A stretch of DNA of 64,000 nt from assembly GCA_965203265.1 (NCBI GenBank), contig CBDBBV010000002.1, positions 2,072,207 to 2,136,206 of the forward strand. The letters run 5' to 3'. This DNA comes from Candidatus Poriferihabitaceae bacterium (lineage in GTDB: Bacteria; Pseudomonadota; Gammaproteobacteria; Arenicellales; Poriferihabitantaceae). The position numbers and the translations under genes were made by a program. Under the pieces are notes generated by a model. The model ran no database searches and was not told where the DNA came from. It was given only the letters and a program-made list of their open reading frames with translations. This document shows, piece after piece, positions 19,566 to 29,768 of this stretch (its first letter is position 1; every line of letters starts with the position of its first letter).

Positions 19566-19577
19566 AATTCCCCAAAA

Positions 19578-19604
19578 TTGGCACTCCAATTCCGTGAGTG
19601 CTAG
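19578..19604 (+). promoter_or_regulatory. CIRCE (HrcA operator) upstream of rpoH
   Basis: TTGGCACTC-N9-GAGTGCTAG versus consensus TTAGCACTC-N9-GAGTGCTAA. Confidence 0.85.
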
Positions 19605-19642
19605 AATAGCCGCCCATTGCAATTGAGCGTTCGTATCCTCGC

Positions 19643-20494
19643 ATGACCCAGCAAGTCCCCATCGCCATCCACCTTTCAGCCAGCGAAAACCTCGGTGCCT
19701 ACATGCAGGCGGTGAATGCCGCGCCCATCCTCTCCCCCCAACGGGAACGCGAACTCGCCTTCCGCTACCGCAACGACAACGACCTCGACGCCGCGCGCGA
19801 ATTGGTCATGTCCCACCTGCGCTATGTGGTCAAGGTGGCGCGCGGATTCATGGGCTACGGCCTGCCGTTGACCGACTTGATACAGGAAGGCAGCATCGGC
19901 CTGATGAAGGCGGTCAAGCGCTACGACCCGAACCGCGATGTGCGTCTGGTGTCCTTCGCCATTCACTGGATCAAGGCGGAAATCTACGACTATGTGCTGC
20001 GCAACTGGCGAGTAGTCAAGGTAGCCACCACCAAAGCCCAGCGCAAACTGTTCTTCAACCTGCGCAAATCCCGCGCCCGCCTCGGCTGGATGCGAGACGA
20101 AGAAGTCGACAAACTGGCCGAGGAATTGAATGTGGAAACGGCCACCGTGCGGCAGATGGAATCGCGCCTGAGCGGCACCGACATCGCATTCGACCCGCTG
20201 GTCGATCAGGACGACGAAGCCTATCTGGCACCGTCGCAACACCTCGGAGACAGCCGCTACGATCCGGCCATCGTGGTGGACAACCACGAGCAACAAAGCC
20301 GGATGCAACAACAGCTGGCAACGGCGCTATCTCAACTGGACGAACGCAGCCGAGACATCGTCTCCCGCCGCTGGTTGGGCGACGAAAAACCGACTTTGCA
20401 CGCGCTCGCCGAGGAATACGGCGTATCGGCGGAACGAATCCGGCAGATTGAGAAACGCGCTATGGAAAAGATGAAGGGTACTATTGCGGGTTAG
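19643..20494 (+). CDS. rpoH: RNA polymerase sigma-32 factor
   Basis: RpoH box QRKLFFNLR, DLIQEG, VSAERIRQIE. Confidence 0.97.
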   Translation: MTQQVPIAIHLSASENLGAYMQAVNAAPILSPQRERELAFRYRNDNDLDAARELVMSHLRYVVKVARGFMGYGLPLTDLIQEGSIGLMKAVKRYDPNRDVRLVSFAIHWIKAEIYDYVLRNWRVVKVATTKAQRKLFFNLRKSRARLGWMRDEEVDKLAEELNVETATVRQMESRLSGTDIAFDPLVDQDDEAYLAPSQHLGDSRYDPAIVVDNHEQQSRMQQQLATALSQLDERSRDIVSRRWLGDEKPTLHALAEEYGVSAERIRQIEKRAMEKMKGTIAG

Positions 20495-20665
20495 GTGTTT
20501 CCTTCTCCCACCGCCGGCGGCTGATCGTGCCGCTGGCTTTGCGCTGAACGGCGCTACTCCGAAACTGCTTGCGTTGCCCGAATTTTCCCGGGCCGAACTC
20601 CATCACTGTCCCCTTGATAACGGCTACGCCGTTTAGGTATAGAGGGCCGGTAGCAATATGGATTT

Positions 20666-21064
20666 CTAATCTGCGCGAAACGCATCGCCTTTTTGGGATC
20701 GATTCAAAGCAAGCTGTACGATGCGTTCAACTACGCGTTTAGTATCTTTCCACGTCATTACTTTCTTGTCTGGATCCATACCATGGTCCGCCACGATGTC
20801 TCTAATTTGGTCAAGGCTCAGCTCAGATAGGCGAGATCGAAGTACATCCTCACCTTCTTCCCGAATCACTGCCACAGGGTCAAGAATAGCTGCGCACCGC
20901 CGGTTCTTTGGGCGGCTTGCGGCGCTAGATTGTGCGCTACGCTTTTTACGTTGGCTTTGTTCAAACCCAAAAAAAGAGGTTAACCTTTCCGCAAATTCCG
21001 GATCACGTTCGGCGTGATCGGCTACGATCCTTGCTAGTTCAAGAAGCTTTCTTCTGACTTTCAT
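20666..21064 (-). CDS. Hypothetical protein coupled to a ParA ATPase
   Basis: 132-aa ORF starting 3 bp after the parA stop; low-GC segment. Confidence 0.75.
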   Translation of the reverse strand: MKVRRKLLELARIVADHAERDPEFAERLTSFFGFEQSQRKKRSAQSSAASRPKNRRCAAILDPVAVIREEGEDVLRSRLSELSLDQIRDIVADHGMDPDKKVMTWKDTKRVVERIVQLALNRSQKGDAFRAD

Positions 21065-21067
21065 TGA

Positions 21068-21919
21068 TCAGGCCGACAGCTTATCGAGTAACTCTCTGGC
21101 AAGCTTTACGAAAGTATCAGCTTTCTCTCTGTATCCATATTTCTGCTTTAGTGTGCGGTCATAGTCTGAATGTTCTGCTACAGCCGAAAAATCGTTGGAC
21201 TGCGGGATTATTGTCTCGAAGACAGGAGCGTCTTTTTCTGCTTTCAAATCGTTCAACACGTTCTTGTGAACCGATGAATTGCCTTGGAATTTGGTTATGA
21301 CAATCCCTAAAGGATTGATCGATTCAGCAATTTCCTCGGAAAATTCGCGGACACGGCTGACAATCTGCGGGATACCATATGTTGAAAGGTAGTCGGGGAT
21401 TGTGGGGATGATGTATCTCTGTGAAATTCGGAGTCCGTTCAAGGTAATAATTCCCAAATTTGGCGGGCAGTCCACGAGTACGAAATCATAGTCATCAAGA
21501 TGCGCCTTAACTGCGCGCTGTAGAATATCAATGGGATTTGCAGCGTGAAATTTTCCACTGGGTGCAGATGTTAGCTTATCCTGAACGTCGATTAGATCGA
21601 GGCTAGATGGTAGGAGATCAACCGTGTTGGCATAGGTAACATTTGAAACATCTTTTTGGAGCGTAGTATCAAATTTGAACTGCTTATTGCTTGGTTCTAG
21701 GGCATCCTTGAATAGGCGTGCGAGAGTACGATCTTTGTCGTTCAACTTACGCCACTCCTTCTCGCCAATGAGCATAATTGTCGCGTTGGTTTGCGGGTCG
21801 AGATCAATAACGAGCACCTTCTTGCGAAATTCACAAGATAAGGTTTCGGCAAGAGCAACGGTTGTCGTGGTTTTTCCAACTCCGCCCTTGAGATTAATAA
21901 TCGATATTACATGAGTCAT
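21068..21919 (-). CDS. ParA/Soj family ATPase
   Basis: NLKGGVGKTT, IDLDPQ.NAT, DCPP.LG. Confidence 0.92.
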   Translation of the reverse strand: MTHVISIINLKGGVGKTTTTVALAETLSCEFRKKVLVIDLDPQTNATIMLIGEKEWRKLNDKDRTLARLFKDALEPSNKQFKFDTTLQKDVSNVTYANTVDLLPSSLDLIDVQDKLTSAPSGKFHAANPIDILQRAVKAHLDDYDFVLVDCPPNLGIITLNGLRISQRYIIPTIPDYLSTYGIPQIVSRVREFSEEIAESINPLGIVITKFQGNSSVHKNVLNDLKAEKDAPVFETIIPQSNDFSAVAEHSDYDRTLKQKYGYREKADTFVKLARELLDKLSA

Positions 21920-22092
21920 GAGAAATTTCCTCCTTCTCTAAAATCGTATTTGACACCTACTAGTTCGTAGTTTATTGGCGGCACTTGGCTTTTCCTATGA
22001 ATGCGGTAAAATGCGGATAATTACAGTACTTACAATGGAATGTCAAGCAGCTGCACTGCATCCGCAGGTACGGCGGCAAAATCTCGCATGGA

Positions 22093-24390
22093 TCATTGCT
22101 GCCCCTCGACCAAATCGGCGGGAATGGCGAAACCGATCCCTTCGGTGTCTTCATCGACTATTTTCGCCGTCATAATGCCGACCAAATTGCCTTCGCTGTC
22201 GAACAATCCGCCACCAGACGAGCCTGGCGAGATGGCCACATCCGTTTGAATGTATCGCTCTCCTTCCTCGGTTCGCAGTTGTGAAATGAGCCCCGAGAAA
22301 ATCGACAAGCCCAACCCCTGAGGCGCACCCAATCCGTACACGGCTTCGCCGATTTTCAGAGTATCGAAGCGGCGCACCGCCACCGGTATGCCCCACAAAT
22401 CGCTCACATCCAACAGGCAAAAATCCTGCTCCTTGTCAAAATAGCGGATGGTGGCGGGGAAGATAGTTTCCGTATCGGTGCGGCGATTGTCGGACTTGTA
22501 CACGAAAATGTCGCCACCCTCATCCACCACATGCCAATTAGTCGCCACGATATTGGGGCGGATGATTACGCCGCTTCCTTGGCCGTCTCCGTTATGTATG
22601 ACTACCACCGATCGCCAAGTGTTTTCGAATACAGTTTCAGAGACACTTGCACTACTGGGCGCGGCGGCAATGTTGGCGCCCACGGGTACATATACGGGTT
22701 TTTCTTCCTCCACGCGATTTTCAATTTTCTCCAACCGTTGCGCCGCTTCTTTCTGCGCGGAACGAATTTCAGAGAGGGATAAAACATTATACCAGTTGTA
22801 CTCACGAAAACTATCAGTCGCATTTTCATTACCATTCGCTTTGGCAATGGAAAGCCAGATATACGCCTCGAATTCGTCTTCAATGACGCCTTCTCCATGC
22901 CAATACGCAACGCCCAAACTATATTGAGCCGACACATTTCCTTGATCCGCTGCCTTTTGATACCAGCGCACCGCTTCTCTTTTGTCTTGGATAGTGCCTT
23001 CGCCACCCCAATATGCATCACCCAAATTATTTTGCGCTGTTGCCTCCCCCTGTTCCGCAGATTTTCGATACCATCGCACGGCCTCTTGCTTGTCTTGGAC
23101 AACGCCTGTACCGGTATCATATGCATAGCCTAAGCTAAATTGCGCTGATGCATTCCCTTGCTCCGAAGATTTTTGATACCAGAGCACCGCTTTCCTGTTG
23201 TCTTGTGAAGTGCCTTCGCCATTCCAATACGCATCACCTAAATGGTTTTGCGCTGTCTCTTCTCCTTGTTCCGCAGCTTTTCGAAACCAACGCACCGCTT
23301 TTCTCTTGTTTTGGGTAACACCTTCGCCATCCCAACATGCAACACCCAAATTATTTTGCGCTATCGCATTTCCTTGTACTGCTGATGTTCGATACCAGAG
23401 CACCGCTTCCCTTGTATCTTGATCAACACCTTCGCCATACCAATATGCATAGCCTAAGCTAAATTGCGCTGACACATTCCCCTGCTCTGCGGCTTTTCGA
23501 TACCAGCGCACCGCTTCTTTTTTGTTTTGAGCAACGCCTTCGCCATGCCAATATGCATCGCCTAAATGGTTTTGCGCTGTCGCCTCTCCTTGTTTCGCAG
23601 CTTTTCGAAACCAACGCACCGCTTCTCCCGTATCTTGAGCAACGCCTTCGCTATACCAATATGCATAGCCTAAGCTAAATTGCGCTGACACATTCCCCTG
23701 CTCTGCGGCTTTTCGATACCAGTGCACTGCTTCTCCCGTATCTTGGGCAACACCTTCGCCATACCAATATGCATTGCCCAAACTACCTTGTGCCCATCCG
23801 TTTCCTTGCTCTGCGGCGTTTCGATACCAATACACCGCTTTTCGCTTGTCTTGTGTGACGCCCTCGCCACCCCGATATGCATCACCCAAATAATCTTGTG
23901 CCTGCGCGTTCCCTTGTTCCGCTACTTTTCGGAACCAACGTGTTGCTACACGTTTGTTTTGTGCGACACCTTCGCCATACCAATATGCATAGCCTAAGCT
24001 AAATTGCGCTGACACATTCCCCTGCTCTGCGGCTTTTCGATACCAGCGCACCGCTTCTTTTTTGTTTTGAGCAACGCCTTCGCCATGCCAATATGCATCG
24101 CCCAAATTATTTCGCGCTGTCGCATTCCCTTGTTCCGCTGCTTTTCGATACCAGTGCACTGCTTCTCCCGTATCTTGGGCAACACCTTTGCCATCCCAAT
24201 ATGCATCGCCCAACTTATTTTGAGCCCGCGCATCCCCTTGTTCCGCTTCCGCGTGCAATTGCACAAAGTATTCGGTTGCGTCTTCGGTTGACAGTAACAG
24301 CTCAACGTCTTCAGTTGACAGTAACTGATCAACTTCTTCGGTAGATAGTGGCAGGTTATCAAGAAGAAATGAAAAAGGGTTTTTTTGCAT
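22093..24390 (-). CDS. Sel1-repeat protein with a C-terminal trypsin-like serine protease
   Basis: 13 Sel1 repeats of 36 aa; GSGV..TNWHVV, DFCLL, QTDVAISPGSSGGGL. Confidence 0.92.
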   Translation of the reverse strand: MQKNPFSFLLDNLPLSTEEVDQLLSTEDVELLLSTEDATEYFVQLHAEAEQGDARAQNKLGDAYWDGKGVAQDTGEAVHWYRKAAEQGNATARNNLGDAYWHGEGVAQNKKEAVRWYRKAAEQGNVSAQFSLGYAYWYGEGVAQNKRVATRWFRKVAEQGNAQAQDYLGDAYRGGEGVTQDKRKAVYWYRNAAEQGNGWAQGSLGNAYWYGEGVAQDTGEAVHWYRKAAEQGNVSAQFSLGYAYWYSEGVAQDTGEAVRWFRKAAKQGEATAQNHLGDAYWHGEGVAQNKKEAVRWYRKAAEQGNVSAQFSLGYAYWYGEGVDQDTREAVLWYRTSAVQGNAIAQNNLGVACWDGEGVTQNKRKAVRWFRKAAEQGEETAQNHLGDAYWNGEGTSQDNRKAVLWYQKSSEQGNASAQFSLGYAYDTGTGVVQDKQEAVRWYRKSAEQGEATAQNNLGDAYWGGEGTIQDKREAVRWYQKAADQGNVSAQYSLGVAYWHGEGVIEDEFEAYIWLSIAKANGNENATDSFREYNWYNVLSLSEIRSAQKEAAQRLEKIENRVEEEKPVYVPVGANIAAAPSSASVSETVFENTWRSVVVIHNGDGQGSGVIIRPNIVATNWHVVDEGGDIFVYKSDNRRTDTETIFPATIRYFDKEQDFCLLDVSDLWGIPVAVRRFDTLKIGEAVYGLGAPQGLGLSIFSGLISQLRTEEGERYIQTDVAISPGSSGGGLFDSEGNLVGIMTAKIVDEDTEGIGFAIPADLVEGQQ
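22840..24240 (-). repeat. Tandem 108-bp Sel1-coding repeats
   Basis: Near-identical nucleotide units, for example gcatagcctaagctaaattgcgctga occurs four times; boundaries approximate. Confidence 0.85.
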
Positions 24391-24610
24391 GGTGCTTTCT
24401 CCTGTTCTACTGTTGATACCGTGGTGGTGACGCAAATGGCAATTTTACTGCGAATTTGGATGGTGCTGGATTATTACGGGTGTTTGAGCCGGGAAAAACC
24501 CCTCAAAGCCCACGTGCACGCGATTTTGCCATCAAATCACGCGCAAATCGCGCTTTTGCCCCTTCCGCTGGGACGAAATTTCGCTTCCCCATACTTCCCC
24601 ATCAATTACC

Positions 24611-24647
24611 GCCCCTCGACCAAATCGGCGAGGATGGCGAAGCCGAT
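24611..24647 (-). pseudogene. 3'-end relic of a paralogous Sel1-protease gene
   Basis: 34/37 identity to 22101-22137; reads IGFAILADLVEGR-stop. Confidence 0.7.
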
Positions 24648-24712
24648 GTGCTTTATCAGTGTATCGGCTCCCTTTTCCGCCAACCAAAAATCCGGAATGT
24701 ATCCGGCATTAT
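24639..24712 (-). mobile_element. Degenerate left end of the IS481-like element
   Basis: Aligns with the reverse complement of 7285-7360. Confidence 0.7.
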
Positions 24713-24765
24713 TCCCCGATACCCTCAGCGCCTTCCCAACCGCCGCCACGCGCTACAATGCCCCC

Positions 24766-25350
24766 ATGGAGTCTTCCATTCACTTCGGAAATCGCCTTCC
24801 GCGCCCCGCCTTATGGATGGTGGCGGTGGTTGGGGTCGTGTTGGGGTTGGGGGCTGTGGTGGGGTGGGCGGAGGATGGTGTCGGGCTGCCGACCAATGTT
24901 TGTCGTGACTGCGGTGCTCGGCAGCAGCATATCTGGACGAGATTCGAGCAGGGGGAAGGCGTTGACCTGACCGGGCTTCCCAGAGTGTATGCAGGGGTTT
25001 GCCATGTCTTCGGCGACCACATCGATCCGGATCGCGAGCACCATGTCGGCTTCCTGTTCGACAGCGATAGCGACGATAGCGAACGCCACGAGCTACGCCT
25101 GCGCTTCAGTTTCTTCACCGCCGCTCAGCCCTACGACAAACTGGACGCCACCCAAGCCAGAGCACATTTCGGCACGCCCGCCCTGCCGCTGGCGGCGTAT
25201 CGCGGCTATGCCTACACCGAGATTGTCGACCATCGGTTTTTCGCGAGATATTGGTTCCGCCGCGCGCGCAATCCGGAGCGGGTGCTGCTGGTCAGTTATT
25301 TCGGCGATCTGGTTACCGTCCTGTGCGAAGCCGCGGAGAACCGCGATTGA
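24766..25350 (+). CDS. Hypothetical exported protein
   Basis: Hydrophobic signal-like segment, cysteines; no recognised domain. Confidence 0.55.
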   Translation: MESSIHFGNRLPRPALWMVAVVGVVLGLGAVVGWAEDGVGLPTNVCRDCGARQQHIWTRFEQGEGVDLTGLPRVYAGVCHVFGDHIDPDREHHVGFLFDSDSDDSERHELRLRFSFFTAAQPYDKLDATQARAHFGTPALPLAAYRGYAYTEIVDHRFFARYWFRRARNPERVLLVSYFGDLVTVLCEAAENRD

Positions 25351-25469
25351 CGATGGCGATTACGGAGATCGCCGCGAGGGGCGCGCCTTCGTAGCGGAGC
25401 GGCGTATCGAACCACCCCGCAAATTCTGTTATCGTTCCCGCCTCATCCATTCCCCCAAGACGCCCCACC

Positions 25470-27179
25470 ATGCCCGCAAAAAAGCCCGCCACCGCCGGCA
25501 AAACCGGCATCCGCAACTTCTCCTCCCCAGTAGTGGACGGAACAGCCCGCGCCCCCAGTCGTTCCATGTTGCGGGCGGTGGGTTTTACCGATGCCGATTT
25601 CAACAAGCCGCAGATCGGCGTGGCCTCGACCTGGAGTCAGGTTACCCCCTGCAACATGCACATCGACCGCTTGGCGTTGCGTGCCGCCGAAGGGGTTGGT
25701 GCGGCCAAGGCCAAGGCCGTGGTGTTCAATACCATCACCGTGTCGGACGGCATTTCCATGGGTACCGAGGGCATGAAGTATTCGCTGGTTTCCCGGGAGG
25801 TCATCGCCGATTCGATTGAAGCGGTGGCCGCCTGTCAGGGATTCGACGCGCTGGTTGCCATCGGCGGCTGCGACAAGAACATGCCCGGTTGCCTCATCGC
25901 CTTGGCGCGCCTCGATCGCCCCTCGGTTTTCGTCTATGGCGGCACCATCCTGCCCGGCTGCCACAACGGCAGGAACATCGACATCGTCACCGTGTTCGAG
26001 GCGGTCGGCGCGTGTGCCCAGCGCAAGATCAGTGCGCAGGAACTCGCCGACATCGAGCGCGCCGCGATTCCCGGCCCCGGCTCCTGCAGCGGCATGTACA
26101 CGGCCAACACCATGGCCTCGGCGATCGAGGCGCTCGGCATGAGTTTGCCCAACAGCTCGGCGCAGGCGGCTGTGTCCGAGGACAAGGCGAAGGATTGTGT
26201 GGCTGCCGGCAAGGCGGCCATGCGGCTGTTGAAGGCGGGCATCAAGCCGCGCGACATCATGACGCGGCAGGCTTTTGAAAACGCCATTACCGTGGTGATC
26301 GCCCTCGGTGGCTCGACCAATGCGGTGCTGCATCTGCTGGCGATGGCCTCGGCGGCGGAAGTCCCGCTCGAACTCGCCGACTTCGCCCGCATCGGCGAGA
26401 ATGTGCCGGTGCTCGCCGACCTGCGTCCGAGCGGGCGGGCGATGATGTCGGAGCTGATCGAAATCGGCGGCATCCGCCCGCTGATGAAAATGCTGCTGGA
26501 TGCCGGTCTGCTGCACGGCGACTGCCTGACGGTAACCGGCAAGACTCTGGCGCAGGACTTGGCGGCGGCGCGGCCCTATCCCAAGCGCCAGAATATCGTG
26601 CATGGCCTGAGCGCCCCCATCAAGGCGAGCAGCCACCTGGTGATCCTGCACGGCAACCTCGCGCCCGAGGGGGCGGTCGCCAAGATTTCCGGTAAGGAGG
26701 GCCTGCGCTTCGTCGGTACGGCGCGCATCTTCGCTTCGGAGGAACAGGCGTTGCAGCGAATTCTCGACGGCACGGTGACCACCGGCGATGTCATCGTGGT
26801 GCGCTACGAGGGCCCGAAGGGTGGCCCCGGTATGCGCGAGATGTTGTCGCCGACAGCGGCCATCATGGGCCGGGGGCTTGGCCGGGAGGTTGCGTTTCTC
26901 ACCGATGGCAGATTTTCCGGCGGTTCCCACGGATTCGTGGTCGGGCATGTAACTCCGGAGGCGGCGGTGGGCGGCCCCCTCGCGTTGTTGCGAGACGGCG
27001 ACACCATCAGCATCGACGCCGAAAAGCGCGAGGTCAACGCGAAGCTCTCCGACGCCGAATGGAAAAAACGCGCGGCGGCGTGGAAACCGCCCGAACCGAC
27101 CTATCAACGCGGCGTGCTGGCGAAATACGCGCGGCTGGTGGGCCCTGCCTCGCGCGGCGCGGTTACCGATGTTGGCTAG
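25470..27179 (+). CDS. ilvD: Dihydroxy-acid dehydratase
   Basis: [40 protein letters not shown]. Confidence 0.97.
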   Translation: MPAKKPATAGKTGIRNFSSPVVDGTARAPSRSMLRAVGFTDADFNKPQIGVASTWSQVTPCNMHIDRLALRAAEGVGAAKAKAVVFNTITVSDGISMGTEGMKYSLVSREVIADSIEAVAACQGFDALVAIGGCDKNMPGCLIALARLDRPSVFVYGGTILPGCHNGRNIDIVTVFEAVGACAQRKISAQELADIERAAIPGPGSCSGMYTANTMASAIEALGMSLPNSSAQAAVSEDKAKDCVAAGKAAMRLLKAGIKPRDIMTRQAFENAITVVIALGGSTNAVLHLLAMASAAEVPLELADFARIGENVPVLADLRPSGRAMMSELIEIGGIRPLMKMLLDAGLLHGDCLTVTGKTLAQDLAAARPYPKRQNIVHGLSAPIKASSHLVILHGNLAPEGAVAKISGKEGLRFVGTARIFASEEQALQRILDGTVTTGDVIVVRYEGPKGGPGMREMLSPTAAIMGRGLGREVAFLTDGRFSGGSHGFVVGHVTPEAAVGGPLALLRDGDTISIDAEKREVNAKLSDAEWKKRAAAWKPPEPTYQRGVLAKYARLVGPASRGAVTDVG

Positions 27180-27259
27180 CCTGCGGCGCGGCGGGATAAT
27201 CGCAGTTTGCCCCGCAGGCCGGAGGCGCGCGGGGTAAATCGGGAGGATCGATATCGAAC

Positions 27260-28036
27260 ATGACAATGCCCGCGTCCAAACCCAAACCCATCGCCGACTC
27301 CATCAGCGCGAGCGAATGGCAAGTGCGTCAGGACTTGGCGGCCTGTTACCGGCTGTTCGTCCGCTTCGGTTGGACCGACACCATCTTCACCCACCTGAGC
27401 GCCCGCGTGCCGGAGCACCCCGAGCACTACCTCATCAACCCCTACGGGATGTTGTTCGATGAGGTTACCGCGTCGAATCTCATCAAGGTCGATTTCGCCG
27501 GCAATGTGATCGTCGGCGATTACCCCTACAACGCCGCCGGCCACGCCATTCACACGGCAGTCCTGCAGGCGCGCGCGGATGTCAACGCGGTGTTGCACAG
27601 CCATACCCGCGCCGGCATGGCGGTTTCCTGCATGGCGGACGGCCTGCTGCCCCTCACCCAGCAGTCCAACGAGGTGCGCGAACTGGTTTCCTACCACGAA
27701 TACGATATGGCCATCGACAATTCGGAGGAATGCCGCAGATTGGGGCGGGATCTGGGCGACAAGTGGCTGATGATCATGCACAACCACGGCCTGCTGGCCG
27801 CCGGTAGAACGGTGGCGGAGGCGTTCTATTTCCTGTACACCTTGGAAAACGCCTGCAAGGTGCAGGTCGATGTGATGGCGTCCAGAGCGAAACTGGTAAC
27901 GCCGTCCGAGGCGGTGCTCGCCGCGCTGGCCGATTACGGCCGCCCGCCCGAAGAGGAGCCGTGCGACCACGCCACGCGCTCCTGGCAAGCCCTCTTGCGC
28001 ATGCTGGATCGACAGGATTCCTCCTACCGGGCGTGA
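27260..28036 (+). CDS. Class II aldolase/adducin family protein
   Basis: HLSARVP, AGHAIH, VLHSHT, MHNHGLL. Confidence 0.9.
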   Translation: MTMPASKPKPIADSISASEWQVRQDLAACYRLFVRFGWTDTIFTHLSARVPEHPEHYLINPYGMLFDEVTASNLIKVDFAGNVIVGDYPYNAAGHAIHTAVLQARADVNAVLHSHTRAGMAVSCMADGLLPLTQQSNEVRELVSYHEYDMAIDNSEECRRLGRDLGDKWLMIMHNHGLLAAGRTVAEAFYFLYTLENACKVQVDVMASRAKLVTPSEAVLAALADYGRPPEEEPCDHATRSWQALLRMLDRQDSSYRA

Positions 28037-28067
28037 AGCCCCCGCCTCGGCGGCGAAAAATGCGGCT

Positions 28068-28499
28068 TCAGCGCCAGCCGAACAGCCACAACAGCACCAC
28101 ATAGCGCGCGAATTTCCCCACGGCGATCATCGCCGCGCTCGGCCAGAATCCGAGGCGAAGATAGCCCGCGGCCAGACACAACGGGTCGCCCACCAACGGC
28201 ATCCACGAGAACAGCAAACAGGGCGCCCCCCAGCGCCGGACGCGGTCGAGGGCGGGTTGTTTCAGTTGGAAGTGGCGACCCCAGGAGACGCGGGCGAGGC
28301 CGCGCCCAAGCAACAACCCGGCGGCGTAGGTGATGAGGCCGCCGAGGGTATTGCCGGCGGTGGCCGTGGCGAGTAGCGAGAGCGACGAGTGGTTGCCGGA
28401 TTCGACCAGAGCGTACAACAGTACTTCGACGCCGCCGGGCAGGATGGTGGAAGCGAGCAGGGAGCCGACGAACAGGGAGATGAGAGCGGCCGTCGTCAT
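28068..28499 (-). CDS. YqaA/DedA (SNARE-associated) membrane protein
   Basis: LASTILPGG.E, GNTLG, W.PLVGDPL..AAG.LR. Confidence 0.88.
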   Translation of the reverse strand: MTTAALISLFVGSLLASTILPGGVEVLLYALVESGNHSSLSLLATATAGNTLGGLITYAAGLLLGRGLARVSWGRHFQLKQPALDRVRRWGAPCLLFSWMPLVGDPLCLAAGYLRLGFWPSAAMIAVGKFARYVVLLWLFGWR

Positions 28500-28605
28500 G
28501 ATGGGGTGGGGTTGCAGGGGCCGGGGGTCAGGAGCGTGTAGCGCACGAAAATATAGGGAATTACATACTTAATTCCACCCAAGATAAACAGGGTAAAATA
28601 AAACG

Positions 28606-29763
28606 ATGATCAGAACCTACGAATACCGAGCGCTACCGCAAAAGGGCCAGGGAAAGCGCCTGCTGTCTCTGCTCGGCATGACGCGCGGATTGTACAACGC
28701 GGCGTTGCAGGAGCGAATCGACTGCTACAAACGGACTGGGCGGGGGGTTTCGTACTACGACCAATGCAAAAGTTTGACCGAGATACGCTCATTTGACGAA
28801 GGGTGGCGCGAGCAGTCCGCCCAGATAGGACGGGGCGCGCTGACGCGATTGGACAAGGCGTTCAAGGCGTTTTTCAAGGGTTTCAAGGAAGGTTGTGGTT
28901 TCCCAAGATTCAAGGGGAGAAACCGCTGGCGGAGCATCGATCTGGAGAAAGTCTATCGGATAGAAATCGGCAACGGGAATTGGCGATTTCTCTCGTTCAA
29001 GGGGATGAATGGCCGCCTGCGCGTCTACTTCCACCGCCCATTGCCAGCCGAAGCAAGGCAGAAATACGCTCGGTTGGTGCGGGACGCGAAAGGTTGGAAA
29101 TTGCAGTTGGTACTGGAATTGCCGGATGCGGCCAGCGTTCCGGTTTCCGACATGATGGGAATCGATGTAGGGTTGACGCACTTCCTGACAACGGACACCG
29201 GCGAACAGATACCGAATCCGAGATGCCTGCAACGGGAATTGAAACGGCTTCGCGTAGCGCAGAGGTCGCTTGCGAGAAAGCTGCGCGGCAGCGGAAACAG
29301 GGAGCGGCAACGGAAAGTAGTAGAACGACTGCACTTGCGGGTGCGGAATCAGCGAGCAAACTTCCACTGGCAGGCGGCGAAAAGGTTGGTGGAGCAAGGC
29401 AAGACGCTGATTGTCGAGGACTTGAATGTGAAAGGCTTGGCGCGTGGGATGTTGTCGCGGCAGGTTTCGGATGTAGGGTGGGCGGCTTTTGTCGAACGGC
29501 TGACTTGCAAGGCTGAAAGTGCTGGCTTGGCAGTGATGAAAGCTGACCCGAAACAGACTTCGCAGATGTGTTCCGGCTGTGGTGCGATTGTGAAAAAGTC
29601 GCTGGCGGTTCGTGTCCATTCCTGCCCAGAATGCGGGTTGGTGCTGGACAGAGACAGGAACGCGGCTGTGAATATCAAGAAAAGGGGCGGGAATGCTCCT
29701 TTGGGCGCTAAGCTGGGGGTTGCTCCGGTTTGCCCGCAAGTGCTTGTGGATTCAAGTATATAA
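28606..29763 (+). CDS. tnpB: RNA-guided endonuclease TnpB
   Basis: FPRFK, RuvC-I GIDVG, RuvC-II IVEDL, CSGC/CPEC zinc finger, RuvC-III DRDRNAA. Confidence 0.95.
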   Translation: MIRTYEYRALPQKGQGKRLLSLLGMTRGLYNAALQERIDCYKRTGRGVSYYDQCKSLTEIRSFDEGWREQSAQIGRGALTRLDKAFKAFFKGFKEGCGFPRFKGRNRWRSIDLEKVYRIEIGNGNWRFLSFKGMNGRLRVYFHRPLPAEARQKYARLVRDAKGWKLQLVLELPDAASVPVSDMMGIDVGLTHFLTTDTGEQIPNPRCLQRELKRLRVAQRSLARKLRGSGNRERQRKVVERLHLRVRNQRANFHWQAAKRLVEQGKTLIVEDLNVKGLARGMLSRQVSDVGWAAFVERLTCKAESAGLAVMKADPKQTSQMCSGCGAIVKKSLAVRVHSCPECGLVLDRDRNAAVNIKKRGGNAPLGAKLGVAPVCPQVLVDSSI

Positions 29764-29768
29764 TTCCC
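29600..29768 (+). ncRNA. Putative omegaRNA overlapping the tnpB 3' end (5' boundary is a guess)
   Basis: Position typical for TnpB; nested hairpin gggcg..gctgggg-gttg-ctccggt..tgccc at 29703-29735. Confidence 0.5.

Larger units (their letters stand above)
28556..29768 (+). mobile_element. Non-autonomous TIR element with IS1595-type ends carrying only tnpB
   Basis: TIRs 28556-28578 and 29746-29768 (20/23 match); 8-bp TSD aaaatata at 28548-28555 and 29769-29776. Confidence 0.88.

Noticed and set aside
22840-24240. Diversity-generating retroelement TR/VR pair
   Set aside because: Differences between repeats are not obviously adenine-specific and there is no reverse transcriptase in the window.
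28561-29755. IS608-like TTAC (left) and TCAA (right) motifs around tnpB, suggesting a canonical IS605 element
   Set aside because: Both lie inside the TIRs, I see no subterminal hairpins, and the 8-bp TSD plus identity to the IS1595 end explain the boundaries better. Not fully excluded.
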